From Candidatus Scalinduaceae bacterium (GTDB lineage: Bacteria > Planctomycetota > Brocadiia > Brocadiales > Scalinduaceae), in assembly GCA_046759445.1 (NCBI GenBank), contig JBHICG010000010.1, forward strand, positions 1 to 64,000: a DNA stretch of 64,000 nt, written 5' to 3'. The position numbers were made by a program, and so were the translations under genes. Numbering within the stretch: position 1 is the stretch's first letter; each line of letters begins with the position of its first letter. Shown one piece after another: positions 1-9,787 of this stretch. Under the pieces are notes generated by a model. That model saw nothing but the letters and a program-made list of their open reading frames with translations. It had not been told where the DNA came from and did no database searches.

Positions 1-1
1 T

Positions 2-184
2 ATATGTTGGGAGTCCTGTATTAATGTCACGGGCATGAAGATGCACCATGTTAACCCCCATATCTGCTACTTCGTTTACCTGTTCAACAATCTCTTCAGG
101 AGTTAGAGGTACCTTGGAAGTTATCTCTTTTGTTGGAATCATTCCTGTTGGAGTGAAATTTAAGATAAAATTGTCTTTATTCAT
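2..184 (-). CDS. 3-keto-5-aminohexanoate cleavage enzyme (BKACE/DUF849) family protein, N-terminal part, runs off the window edge
   Basis: Not in ORF track; my translation from ATG at 184: MNKDNFILNFTPTGMIPTKEITSKVPLTPEEIVEQVNEVADMGVNMVHLHARDINTGLPTY, with the family's PTG...P.TPEEI...HLHARD signature. Confidence 0.85.
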   Translation of the reverse strand, partial: MNKDNFILNFTPTGMIPTKEITSKVPLTPEEIVEQVNEVADMGVNMVHLHARDINTGLPTY

Positions 185-501
185 TTTAAACCTTCTAATT
201 TCTTTTTCCTAATATATGGAAAGTTTTCTAGTTCAATCTTGTTGTTACTTAAACTTTTGAAAAGTTTGTAAAATGAGATAAATCAAAAATAGAAGAAAAG
301 ATTCTAGGAATGTTTATAAAAGCTGTTATCTTTTCCTTACTACTTCTCCTATTTTAAAACTTTAATTGTGTTTTATTGCAAAAACAAATATAAGTTATCT
401 AGTCTTATTATCGTCACAATTCTCAATAGTTTTACCTATAAGCTTTAAGTAGTTTAAATAACAAATGTTATGTTCAAAATAACACGTCCATTGATACAGC
501 C

Positions 502-2406
502 CTAATCCATTGTAATAATTTCTTTTTGTCTAACCTTTTTGTCCGCATATTTTAAATGCCAGAGTTCCAGGCACAACAAAGCCCAGATTTGGTCACTGAA
601 ATTGTGCTGACCGTTATTGTGTTCTTTCAAAAGGGTTTCAACATAGGATAAGTTAAAATATCCCCTTTCTTTTGCAGTGGAAGACAATAGTATGTCAGCA
701 GCAAACTCTTTTAACTGGCTTCGAAACCAGGCATCCTTTGGAATAGCAAACCCCTTCTTTTTGCGGTCAATTATATTTTGGGGAAGCATACCTCTTGCCA
801 TTTCTTTAAGTATGTTTTTGGTACGGCCATTAGGCATTTTGTAACGGTTAGGAATGGTTCCGGCAAATTCCACAATTCTATAATCAAGCAAAGGCGCCCT
901 GGTTTCAAGAGAAACAGCCATACTGGCACGGTCAACTTTTGTCAGAATCGTGTCAGGCAAATACATTTTTATGTCTGCATACTGTCTCCTGCTTGTATTT
1001 GATACTCTGTCAAACTCATTAAAGTAATTTCTGAGCCAGTCCAAAGGCATATTACAATTGTTGACCTCCTGTCTGAATTCCTCGGAATAAAGGAGTGATT
1101 TCTTTTCAATATCAAAATAATTGATTTTGCTAGCATAATAATCAAACGCATTTCCTGAGGCAGATTTTATCAAATTAGCCCCTTTAAAGCCGGATGGTAA
1201 ACAGTCTGCCAGTTTGTGAATCATGTTTAATCTGAGCGCTTCTGGTACTGCCTGAATCGCTTTTGCAAGTGGAAGATCAATATATCTGGTGTACCCTGCA
1301 AAAAGTTCATCTCCTCCATCCCCTGATAGGGCTACTGTAACCTCCGAACGTGCTAGCTTTGAAACGTAATACGTGGGTACAACACTAGAATCTGCAAAAG
1401 GTTCATCAAAAAACCAAACTAGTTCGGGAAGTAGTTGTGTCATTTCAGGATTTACAATTAGTTCATAGTGATTCGTTCCCAATAAATCAGCAACCTCTCT
1501 GGCAAAAGGAAGCTCACTGTAGTCTCTCTCCTCAAACCCGATAGTAAAGGTCTTAATATCCTTGACTCCGAGTTGTGTCATTGCAGCAACAATAGTACTA
1601 GAATCAACGCCTCCACTCAAAAATGCACCAAGTGGAACATCACTGATTAAACGCCTTTTTACTGAATCAAAAAAGAGTTCTCTCAATGTTTCAATATAAA
1701 ATCTTTCACCTTTATCCTCGTTAACCTTGCCGAAATCCAGATTCCAATACGACGAAATATCAATTGTTCGATTTTTATATACCAAGATATGGCCAGCAGG
1801 AAGTTTGCAGACATTTTCAAAAATGGAAAATTCTCCAGGTACACAGCCAAAAGTCAAGTAGCAGTCCACGGCTTTCAGGTTAACCTTTCTCTGAAAATCA
1901 GGAACAAAAAGCATGGATTTCAGTTCTGAAGTAAAAATCAGTTTCTCTCCATCAAATGCGTAATATAGCGGTTTCTTGCCAACCCTGTCTCGTCCCAATA
2001 CCAGTTGCTTTCTACCGGCATCCCAGATAGCGATAGTGAACATTCCATTTAAGCGACTGAAACAATCTGTTCCATATTCTTCGTAAAGATGCACAATCAC
2101 TTCCGTGTCGCTATGTGTATAAAAAGTATGTCCTTTCTCGATCAACTCTTTCCTGAGTTCTGGAAAATTGTATATTTCACCATTAAAAACTATCCATATG
2201 GTTTTGTCCTCGTTATGAATCGGTTGATGCCCTGTTACCAAGTCTATAATACTTAAACGGCGCATGCCCAGGCCAACGTTGTTAGATAAATATACCCCTT
2301 CATCATCAGGCCCACGATGAGCGATTGCTTCGCACATCTTATGTATAACATCACCTGAAACCTGTTCAGAGCCATTACAATGTAGAATACCGACAATGCC
2401 GCACAT
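502..2406 (-). CDS. asnB: Asparagine synthase-like glutamine amidotransferase (glycan amidation type), paralog 1
   Basis: N-terminal MCGIVG (Ntn Cys), HRGPD, RLSIIDL, FNGEIYN, FLSGGVDSS, SGDGGDELFAGY, KKGF. Confidence 0.92.
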   Translation of the reverse strand: MCGIVGILHCNGSEQVSGDVIHKMCEAIAHRGPDDEGVYLSNNVGLGMRRLSIIDLVTGHQPIHNEDKTIWIVFNGEIYNFPELRKELIEKGHTFYTHSDTEVIVHLYEEYGTDCFSRLNGMFTIAIWDAGRKQLVLGRDRVGKKPLYYAFDGEKLIFTSELKSMLFVPDFQRKVNLKAVDCYLTFGCVPGEFSIFENVCKLPAGHILVYKNRTIDISSYWNLDFGKVNEDKGERFYIETLRELFFDSVKRRLISDVPLGAFLSGGVDSSTIVAAMTQLGVKDIKTFTIGFEERDYSELPFAREVADLLGTNHYELIVNPEMTQLLPELVWFFDEPFADSSVVPTYYVSKLARSEVTVALSGDGGDELFAGYTRYIDLPLAKAIQAVPEALRLNMIHKLADCLPSGFKGANLIKSASGNAFDYYASKINYFDIEKKSLLYSEEFRQEVNNCNMPLDWLRNYFNEFDRVSNTSRRQYADIKMYLPDTILTKVDRASMAVSLETRAPLLDYRIVEFAGTIPNRYKMPNGRTKNILKEMARGMLPQNIIDRKKKGFAIPKDAWFRSQLKEFAADILLSSTAKERGYFNLSYVETLLKEHNNGQHNFSDQIWALLCLELWHLKYADKKVRQKEIITMD

Positions 2407-2632
2407 TTCAAATATTTCCGTAACTACTTAGTCCAAAAAGTACACGAAAGCTCACGAAAAAGGTTAACGAATCTAAAATATTTTATGAAGACTAAAGTTA
2501 CACGTTTATTGACGCATGTTTTAATGTATATGTGTATATAAAGAAATGGGATGTGGCCTTTTAGAGGCTGGGTATTTTAGGAATTTTAATTTGTGTCAAC
2601 TGCGTAATCTATACGGTCGTGAAGCGACAGAG

Positions 2633-2658
2633 TACCACGGTCTTTTAGTCCGTGGGTA
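2633..2658. repeat. Imperfect palindrome resembling an IS200/IS605-type terminal hairpin, no transposase nearby
   Basis: TACCACGG-TCTTTTAG-TCCGTGGGTA in intergenic DNA. Confidence 0.4.
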
Positions 2659-2690
2659 TCTACAGATTGATTATGTTATATCTATTTTCT

Positions 2691-3728
2691 TTACCTGCGC
2701 TTATTTACAAACAAACCGACTGACAGAATCACAATAATGACACCATTAAAAAGCAGGATACCTATTCTTGCACCAAAAGCTGGAAGCTCTTGTTTAAAGT
2801 AAAAGGCCGGCGTCTTTTCATCAACCCAGTTTACATAATAGTTCTTGGTTTCTCTATTTGAAGTATGCACATTATCACCATTTTCTAAAAAATCATTACG
2901 AAAAATCACTTGAAAGTGCTGAAAGTAGTTTTTTAATGATACCCTGGGGAAGAAATATTTATCATTAAACGTTTCTAGTTTATATAGTTTTCCCTCCTTA
3001 ACGACATCTACATCTCCAGTTTTACCGTTGACATAAGCCTTGTGGACTTCCAATGCAGAAGCAGGTTGACCTTTATATAAATAATATATATTAATAGTCG
3101 GGTCAAAAAGAATCCATTTTCTTAATTCAGGCAACCAGACTTCCACGGCATAATGTCCCAGATAATCTGAGTCTCCATCAGGTGCTGTTTGAAAATGAAT
3201 AAGCCGAGCATTTCTTCCCAAACTTAGGCATGCTGTCATCATGGCTTTTGAGATTGAACCGCACCAGAACTTTCCCCCTTTCAAAACAGTTTTTACCAGA
3301 TCAAAATAGGTATTGTAGTTCCGGTTCGCCGATTTAAATTCTTTTTTCGATGCATATTCTGTTTTTTCATGAATATGATTCATCAATCGCAATACCAGTT
3401 CGTAATCATCTTGATAATCTTCAATTGCTGGGTAAACTTGATCTTTAACCCACTTTAATTCGTATGTACTTGGACTTTCAAATATGAAAGGAATAGATAA
3501 ACCTGCTTTAACAACTTTCCACTTTTTGGGACAATCTATGCAATCTTCATCATCATAGCTCACCGACCAATAAACGTCACCTATTTTCTCAGTATCAATC
3601 CTGACATCCTTACCGAACGGAGTACTCCCAAATTTACATGCCAAAAAGATTTCAACAGCCGTCAATCCAACAACAACCACAATACTGAAAAACCAATAAC
3701 GTTTGATAACAATGAAAAAATAGTTCAT
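2691..3728 (-). CDS. Membrane-anchored transglutaminase-like protein
   Basis: Cys-His-Asp-like triad context FWCGSIS...GHYAVEVW...WILFDP; hydrophobic N- and C-terminal segments. Confidence 0.75.
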   Translation of the reverse strand: MNYFFIVIKRYWFFSIVVVVGLTAVEIFLACKFGSTPFGKDVRIDTEKIGDVYWSVSYDDEDCIDCPKKWKVVKAGLSIPFIFESPSTYELKWVKDQVYPAIEDYQDDYELVLRLMNHIHEKTEYASKKEFKSANRNYNTYFDLVKTVLKGGKFWCGSISKAMMTACLSLGRNARLIHFQTAPDGDSDYLGHYAVEVWLPELRKWILFDPTINIYYLYKGQPASALEVHKAYVNGKTGDVDVVKEGKLYKLETFNDKYFFPRVSLKNYFQHFQVIFRNDFLENGDNVHTSNRETKNYYVNWVDEKTPAFYFKQELPAFGARIGILLFNGVIIVILSVGLFVNKRR

Positions 3729-3786
3729 TCTGGTCTTATTAGAACTTAGCTCGCCTAACTAACAATTGAAATGGATTCTCGATCCC

Positions 3787-5133
3787 CTATATTCCGTAAA
3801 ACCGTGTCAAATTTATATAAGTAAAAATTATAAACATGATAGTCCGAAAAGGTACCTCCCATTTTACAGGAATAATTGGTTCTTCGGGCTCTGGTTGTTT
3901 CTCCGTGACTCGTTGATGTTCTCTTAAAATTATACCTTTTAAACAGTAAGCAAGGCACACAATCGTATAAAACTCTAAGTCGTAGCCACGGTTTGAGAAT
4001 TGCCCGGCAACAAAGAGCCCAACCAGTGTAATCCCTAATCCATCTACCAAGTACCTCAGATGATTAAGATCTTGGTTTTGCTTGCAGAATTTTCTCATTT
4101 TCCATATATCTCGCACACTTAGCCAGACAATTACTAAAAACAATCCCAATCCTACCATTCCCATCTCGGCACCTATCTGCAGTGTCATATTATGAAGTTT
4201 TGCTGTACCACCAACCCTTTTTTGCTCCTCAGGTGTAGCGTATTTCAGAAAATTTGAACCTGACTCTCCTGAACCCACTCCAAAAATTGGGTTTGTAGAT
4301 AACATCCGAAGTCCTGCCGACCAGAGGGCCAACCTCTGTCCACCCGTACCGCGCTGCTCCATATCGACAGAAACAGTTCTAAATCTTTCCCAGTGAACGT
4401 CAGAAACTCTCGTAAACAAAATAAACATAATTGGGATTACAAATAAAAGAACCTTCTTTGTTCTTAAATTGTTTAAAACCAGAATAATAAGAACTACACC
4501 TAAACCAAGGTATGTCCCCCTTGAGTTGGTGCCTGCGATACTTAACACAATAAGCATTAGGTAGCAGATAGCTTCTGCCTTTCGCAGTATACCTCTTTCA
4601 ACCATCACAAACGTTCCCAAGAATCCTATAGCTCCTAAAAGGCTATAGCCAAAAAAATTCTTATTTTCATAATAGGGAGCCACAACACCTTGATATCGAG
4701 ATACAAAGGCAAGATCGGCATAAGCAATAATTATTATCCAAATGAGAAATTTAAACTTCCACTTTGTATCTATCGCATTTGTAACCAAAAAAAGAAATAT
4801 AACAATCTTTAAAAAACTTTCTATTTCTTCACCTTGCCATGGTTCAAGTCCGTTGACAATTCTTGAGAGAAACATCCATCCAAATAATGATGCTATAAGG
4901 ATAACTTGAGGCGCAAATTTCATTTTCCCTCTATTGATAAATATAGTAGAAATCAGGGCAATTAATGGGGTTATGGTGAGTGGCTTTAGAAATCTCAAAG
5001 ACACGAATAGTATCTTATTATACATAAGAGCAAAGTAGAGATAGAAATAGAAAACTCCATAAGAAGGTCTTTTTACAGAGAAAATCCAGATTAAAAAAGT
5101 GATTAATATGATAAATATCTCTTGTTTACTCAT
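3787..5133 (-). CDS. O-antigen ligase / Wzy polymerase family membrane protein
   Basis: Polytopic; TNSRGTYLG, RLALWSAGLRM..NPIFGVG, LHNMTLQIGAEMGMVG motifs. Confidence 0.85.
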   Translation of the reverse strand: MSKQEIFIILITFLIWIFSVKRPSYGVFYFYLYFALMYNKILFVSLRFLKPLTITPLIALISTIFINRGKMKFAPQVILIASLFGWMFLSRIVNGLEPWQGEEIESFLKIVIFLFLVTNAIDTKWKFKFLIWIIIIAYADLAFVSRYQGVVAPYYENKNFFGYSLLGAIGFLGTFVMVERGILRKAEAICYLMLIVLSIAGTNSRGTYLGLGVVLIILVLNNLRTKKVLLFVIPIMFILFTRVSDVHWERFRTVSVDMEQRGTGGQRLALWSAGLRMLSTNPIFGVGSGESGSNFLKYATPEEQKRVGGTAKLHNMTLQIGAEMGMVGLGLFLVIVWLSVRDIWKMRKFCKQNQDLNHLRYLVDGLGITLVGLFVAGQFSNRGYDLEFYTIVCLAYCLKGIILREHQRVTEKQPEPEEPIIPVKWEVPFRTIMFIIFTYINLTRFYGI

Positions 5134-6166
5134 ACGTTTTCATACCATCCTTTCTTGCCTTTCTGGCAACAACCACCATTGAATCTCCATAACCAAGCAA
5201 TTTTGCAAGTGGATAGATTGTGATAACCATCCACAGGCAGAATTCATGCATCAACAATCTTGGTAGTTTTCTCACTGGGAAAAAAGCTTTTATCGATACA
5301 TGGTTATTATCAAGCTTAGTAGTTTCATTCGACCAGGTTTCGTGACCATGGTTTTTTGTTGTTTTATTATTTCTTCTTCTCAATACATTAATAATCGAAT
5401 TCTCTAATTCTCCCACGGTGTAAGGCCTAAAAATTTCAAAATTTCTTGAGTCAATCCATTCAAAACCTGCCTTTTTAAGTGTCTTGCGTAATGTCCTTTT
5501 AGAAAACTGGAACACATGGCCTGGGGGAGTAGGATGCTCCCAAGCGCTTATAGTTTTACATAATAGATAAAAAGTTAATCTGGGAAAAAGACCATTAACG
5601 TTTGGCGTTGAGATTACAACAAGTCCATTGTCTTTTACCACCCTGGCAACCTCTTTAAGTGTAGAAATGGGATTCGGCATATGCTCAATACTATCAAATA
5701 ATGTTACGGCATCAAAATATTGGTCTGGAAAATCAATCCTATTTCCCGCTTGGATTTTCACCCGGTCACCATAACTCATTTGGTTCTTTTCTACCAGGTT
5801 ACAGTTGACATCACTGCCATAAGGAGTCCAGCCTTCTTTAGCTACCATTCCCAAAAAAATACCTGTTGAACACCCTAAATCAAAGATATTTTCTATATCC
5901 CTTTTATGTTTTTTGAGTAGGTTGATAGCTTTTTTGAATTTCTTTATTTTGTGGACATCATGTTCCTCTTCTCTCTGACTGACAGTGATTCTTTCAACAG
6001 TTGAGTTTGCAGATACATTGTACAGCTCAGCAAGCTCATCCTCACCTAAACGGGGGTTTAGATAGACTAAACCACATCCATTGCACTGAACAACATTGAA
6101 AGAAATTTTTTTAACTAACAAATGCGTATCGTCCATGTTGCAAATGATGCAGTTAACATGTTCCAT
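5126..6166 (-). CDS. Class I SAM-dependent methyltransferase with N-terminal Cys-rich Zn-binding region
   Basis: CIIC...CNGCGLVYLNPR; FDLGCSTG; FDSIEHMPNP. Confidence 0.85.
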   Translation of the reverse strand: MEHVNCIICNMDDTHLLVKKISFNVVQCNGCGLVYLNPRLGEDELAELYNVSANSTVERITVSQREEEHDVHKIKKFKKAINLLKKHKRDIENIFDLGCSTGIFLGMVAKEGWTPYGSDVNCNLVEKNQMSYGDRVKIQAGNRIDFPDQYFDAVTLFDSIEHMPNPISTLKEVARVVKDNGLVVISTPNVNGLFPRLTFYLLCKTISAWEHPTPPGHVFQFSKRTLRKTLKKAGFEWIDSRNFEIFRPYTVGELENSIINVLRRRNNKTTKNHGHETWSNETTKLDNNHVSIKAFFPVRKLPRLLMHEFCLWMVITIYPLAKLLGYGDSMVVVARKARKDGMKTYE

Positions 6167-6279
6167 TTGTTAATTCTATTAGCCTTTCTATTAATACTCT
6201 TAATTTATCACCACTTTTCAAAATATATATTTCTTTTTCCACATTGTATTAAAGAGAACAATGATCAACTTCTCATCAT

Positions 6280-7812
6280 TTAGCACAGATACTTCTTCAA
6301 GACCTTACCTAAAGGACTCTTGGGAATCTCTTTCCGAAACTCAACAATCCTTGGTATCTTAAAATCAGATATCTTACCCTCGCAAAAATCTACAATCTCT
6401 CTTTCATTACACTGACCATTAGGAATGACTACTGCTTTTATAATATCCTCACCGTAATGGTTCTTTACCCCTACCACAACAACCTCTTCTACTTTAGGAT
6501 GTGTGACCAGGAGCATTTCTATCTCCGATGGGTCCACTTTATTACCTCCTGTATTAATAAAAAGTGTCTTCCTACCGGTGATATAGAGATTTCCGCTATT
6601 ATCTTTTTTCCCCAGATCCCCAGGGAAAAAATAACCATCCCGAAAGGATTCCCTGTTGAGTGCTTCCAATCCTGAATAACCCATGATCATAGCAGGACTT
6701 CTAATGCCCATATTACCTGTCTCATCAGGTGGTAAAACCTCACCATTCATACCAAAGATCTCTACCTCCACATTCTTCATTGGTAAACCAACAGATTCTA
6801 CAGTCTTTGAAATATTCTCATCCAGATTTATTGATACAGAGCCAGTCTCCGTTGAACCATATAGCTGCCTAACAGATACTCCATATTTCTCATAGAATTT
6901 CTGAAATGTCCTATGCGGTAAAGGAGCGCCAGCCGAAAAACAAAGTCTTAAGGAAGAAAGTGTTATCTCATCTCTTAAAGGAGTGTCGGCTAACATATTG
7001 AACATAAAAGGTACTCCCGGGAAAACAGTAATCTGCTCTTCCTGGATTGTTTTTAATATTCTACGGCGGTTAAAATCCTCTAAAATAACAAGAGTAGCTC
7101 CGGCATAAGTTGATGCTAGCATACAATTCCCAAGGCCATGTGCATGAAACAAAGGTACTACGCATAGGATTTTGTCATTACCAGTCATATTAACGCTAGT
7201 GCAAAATTGTTCTGCTTCAGATATAAGATTAAAGTGAGTGCGAATAATCCTTTTGGGTTGTCCTGTAGAGCCTGAGGAGTACTGACAAAGGACTTCACTT
7301 TGTGGCGACAAGTTCCTTGTTCCATTCAAAGAGAAATTCTCTTTAATTAAGCTCATATATGAAAATGACTCATCTTCTCCATCAGGGACGCCAATGATGG
7401 TACACTCTTTGTCAGCAATAAAAGACGTAATTTCTTTAATCAAAGGAATTATCTGCCTTGATGCAATAATTATCTTAGGCTTAGAGTCCCTTATATAATC
7501 AGTAAGCTCTTGCTCTTTATACTGAACATTTAGTGGAACCGCTACGGCCTCCACCTTAGCTATTGCAAAAAAACTTATGATAAATTCTGGAGAGTTCTTA
7601 AGCAGTAATACTACTCGATCACCCCATTGAATTCCTAGGGAGATCATACCTCCAGCTAATCTGCGAATATTATCATACAAATCGGCATAGGTGATTTTCT
7701 TGTCACCGTGAATAATAGCAATCTTATTAGGATGCCTATCACCATGTTCAGAAATCCATTGCGGAAGTACCTTATCCTCCATCTTATCCATTTTTATTAA
7801 GTTTATCTCCAC
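6280..7812 (-). CDS. Class I adenylate-forming acyl/aryl-AMP ligase
   Basis: YSSGSTGQPK P-loop, YGSTETG, GDLG, GRK..INTGGNKV, PKSPLGKVLK; adjacent to ACP; true start may be a downstream Met. Confidence 0.9.
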   Translation of the reverse strand: MEINLIKMDKMEDKVLPQWISEHGDRHPNKIAIIHGDKKITYADLYDNIRRLAGGMISLGIQWGDRVVLLLKNSPEFIISFFAIAKVEAVAVPLNVQYKEQELTDYIRDSKPKIIIASRQIIPLIKEITSFIADKECTIIGVPDGEDESFSYMSLIKENFSLNGTRNLSPQSEVLCQYSSGSTGQPKRIIRTHFNLISEAEQFCTSVNMTGNDKILCVVPLFHAHGLGNCMLASTYAGATLVILEDFNRRRILKTIQEEQITVFPGVPFMFNMLADTPLRDEITLSSLRLCFSAGAPLPHRTFQKFYEKYGVSVRQLYGSTETGSVSINLDENISKTVESVGLPMKNVEVEIFGMNGEVLPPDETGNMGIRSPAMIMGYSGLEALNRESFRDGYFFPGDLGKKDNSGNLYITGRKTLFINTGGNKVDPSEIEMLLVTHPKVEEVVVVGVKNHYGEDIIKAVVIPNGQCNEREIVDFCEGKISDFKIPRIVEFRKEIPKSPLGKVLKKYLC

Positions 7813-7897
7813 TAGGGTTGGTACGCCATAAAACGATAAATCATGCTATAATTTGCATTACACTTAAGGGAAATTTAACCATTCATCTTTCTAAGGT

Positions 7898-8164
7898 CTA
7901 CTCATAATTTAATTCCTTGCTGACGTACTTAGCTAAATTTCCTATATTCTCGAAATATTCAATACGCAGTTTAGATTCATCAATAAAGATGTTAAACTCC
8001 TCTTCTAACCCGATCACCAATTCTTGAAGGGCAATTGAATCCAGCCCAAGCCCCTTCCCAATAAGTGGTGTACTTCTTGATATCTTTCGAACATCAACAC
8101 ATAGTTTTAGCCTATCAGTAATTACTTTCTTTATCCTTTCTTCAATGTTGGTTGATGTTTTCAT
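7898..8164 (-). CDS. Acyl carrier protein
   Basis: 88 aa; GLGLDSIALQELVIGLEEEFNI phosphopantetheine Ser motif; GGGGG SD-like stretch upstream. Confidence 0.9.
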   Translation of the reverse strand: MKTSTNIEERIKKVITDRLKLCVDVRKISRSTPLIGKGLGLDSIALQELVIGLEEEFNIFIDESKLRIEYFENIGNLAKYVSKELNYE

Positions 8165-8190
8165 GGAAAAACCCCCTTATCTTGATGTTA

Positions 8191-8772
8191 CTATAAGATC
8201 TCCATACCATTTTCTGGAAACTTTTCAGTGATTAACATAATAGGCAAGTGATTTGCAATTACTCTATAAGTCCTGAAGATTAGAAAATCATCCTTTTCTA
8301 TATTGAAATCATCTGCTAGATCATGAGCTTTTTCTTTGCCGCAATCCAAGATCTCACGGAATGTTTCTAAACGATTCTCCAAAAGTAATAGACCAATGGG
8401 CTTGTTGCTGTTTAATAAACCATCTCTTATATTTTCTTCCAGCCTGTCAGGGACTATTATAGAATCACCATAGAGATGATTTTTTTGACTTAATTTTCCA
8501 CGTAAGAATATCCTTCTCTGCATAACATTACACTCTTTTTTTATCTCTAAAGAGGGGATGTCATGATCTAGGATAAAATGATCCTGAAATATCTTTATTA
8601 CCTTCATTCTTTCCCAAAAAACAGCTTCTAGCATCTCAGTCACCATGCCATCTGTAGTTAGAAGAACACGCTGAAAAGAAGTGAGATCACGTGGATTTAT
8701 GGGGCTACGCTTTAAGGTCTGCTGAAGATCGAGGCGTAACAGATTGTTGTTTTTAGCAGTAGTAATGCTCAT
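8191..8772 (-). CDS. Chorismate pyruvate-lyase family protein (DUF98/Rv2949c-like; 4-hydroxybenzoate synthase)
   Basis: QRVLLTTDGMVTEMLEA, KPIGLLLLENRLETFREI, RTYRV..PIMLITEKFP; start moved to ATG 8772 behind a GGAGG RBS (ORF track starts at 8799). Confidence 0.8.
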   Translation of the reverse strand: MSITTAKNNNLLRLDLQQTLKRSPINPRDLTSFQRVLLTTDGMVTEMLEAVFWERMKVIKIFQDHFILDHDIPSLEIKKECNVMQRRIFLRGKLSQKNHLYGDSIIVPDRLEENIRDGLLNSNKPIGLLLLENRLETFREILDCGKEKAHDLADDFNIEKDDFLIFRTYRVIANHLPIMLITEKFPENGMEIL

Positions 8773-8834
8773 AATTAATTCCCTCCTATCAAATCCCAAT
8801 TCGATTAAGGTTATGTAAATATTCCATACGTTGA

Positions 8835-9764
8835 TTAAGCAGTAATTAATCTACTAATCTGGTTATTTTTAATCCTATAATTTTCAAAGCCATATTGCTG
8901 TACAAGCCATTTCACCGTTTTATCTATTACGTTTTTTTCAGCTTTTATAGATGTAAATGTATGATGACTGTTAGGCACTATATAATATTCACAAGAGTGT
9001 ATTTTGCCTTCAGATAGCTCCTTGAATTTGACCTCGAATTCCTCTTTTGGGATAATATCTCTTTCTCCGTATACAAAGAGACCCTTTCGTTTGGAGGAGA
9101 GAAAGGCGTCAAAAGCCTCAAAAAATTCTCTATGCCTTTCATCTTCTCTTTTTTTACTTCCTGCAATCAAAATCCAAAGGACTTTGTAAATTGAAAATAG
9201 ATTACTATCACTTTTACCTGAAAGAAATTTTCTCCAGGAGTTAGCATTAAGTGTCTTTTTCATCCATCCCCTCAAACGACCATTGGCCGTTACTTTACTC
9301 ATCGCTTCACTGCCAGGTAGTATCGACCCCGAAATCTTCTGCGAGTCAGTAATGATGGGAAGTGACCATGAAACAATGGAATCTACCCTTTTGTCCTTTG
9401 CCGCAGTCATCAAGGCATTCCTCGCACCAGCACAAGTTCCTAAAAGTACTACCCTTTCAATCTTTTCTTCTTTTGTGAGAAAATCTATGGCCCTTAACGT
9501 ATCTTCAGTATCAAATAGATCAAAATTGACATCTTCAATCTCTCCTTCGCTGTCTCCTATCCCAGGGAAATCTATCCTTAAAGCGGAAAACCCTAACCGA
9601 CTTAATCTTCTTGCGGTTTTTACATAAATCCTGTGGGGGCCTACCCTGTATTGAAGTCCAGCGTTCAAAAAGATAACCCCAACCTTTTTGCTATTATTCT
9701 CGGCATTGTGCAGGATACCAAAGATATTTTTCCCTCTACTTTGAAAATGTACGGGTCTTTCCAT
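8835..9764 (-). CDS. Alpha/beta hydrolase, exosortase A system-associated hydrolase 1-like (Cys at nucleophile elbow)
   Basis: GLQYRVGPHRIYV, RIDFPGIGDSEG, LLGTCAGA, HHTF; start taken at MERPV (9764). Confidence 0.8.
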   Translation of the reverse strand: MERPVHFQSRGKNIFGILHNAENNSKKVGVIFLNAGLQYRVGPHRIYVKTARRLSRLGFSALRIDFPGIGDSEGEIEDVNFDLFDTEDTLRAIDFLTKEEKIERVVLLGTCAGARNALMTAAKDKRVDSIVSWSLPIITDSQKISGSILPGSEAMSKVTANGRLRGWMKKTLNANSWRKFLSGKSDSNLFSIYKVLWILIAGSKKREDERHREFFEAFDAFLSSKRKGLFVYGERDIIPKEEFEVKFKELSEGKIHSCEYYIVPNSHHTFTSIKAEKNVIDKTVKWLVQQYGFENYRIKNNQISRLITA

Positions 9765-9787
9765 TTCTAAAGGTGCTACCTCTATTA

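Noticed and set aside
3787..3900. QPEPEEP near the C-terminus of the ligase as a PEP-CTERM signal
   Set aside because: Polytopic membrane enzyme; PEP is not directly followed by a TM helix and there is no terminal basic cluster
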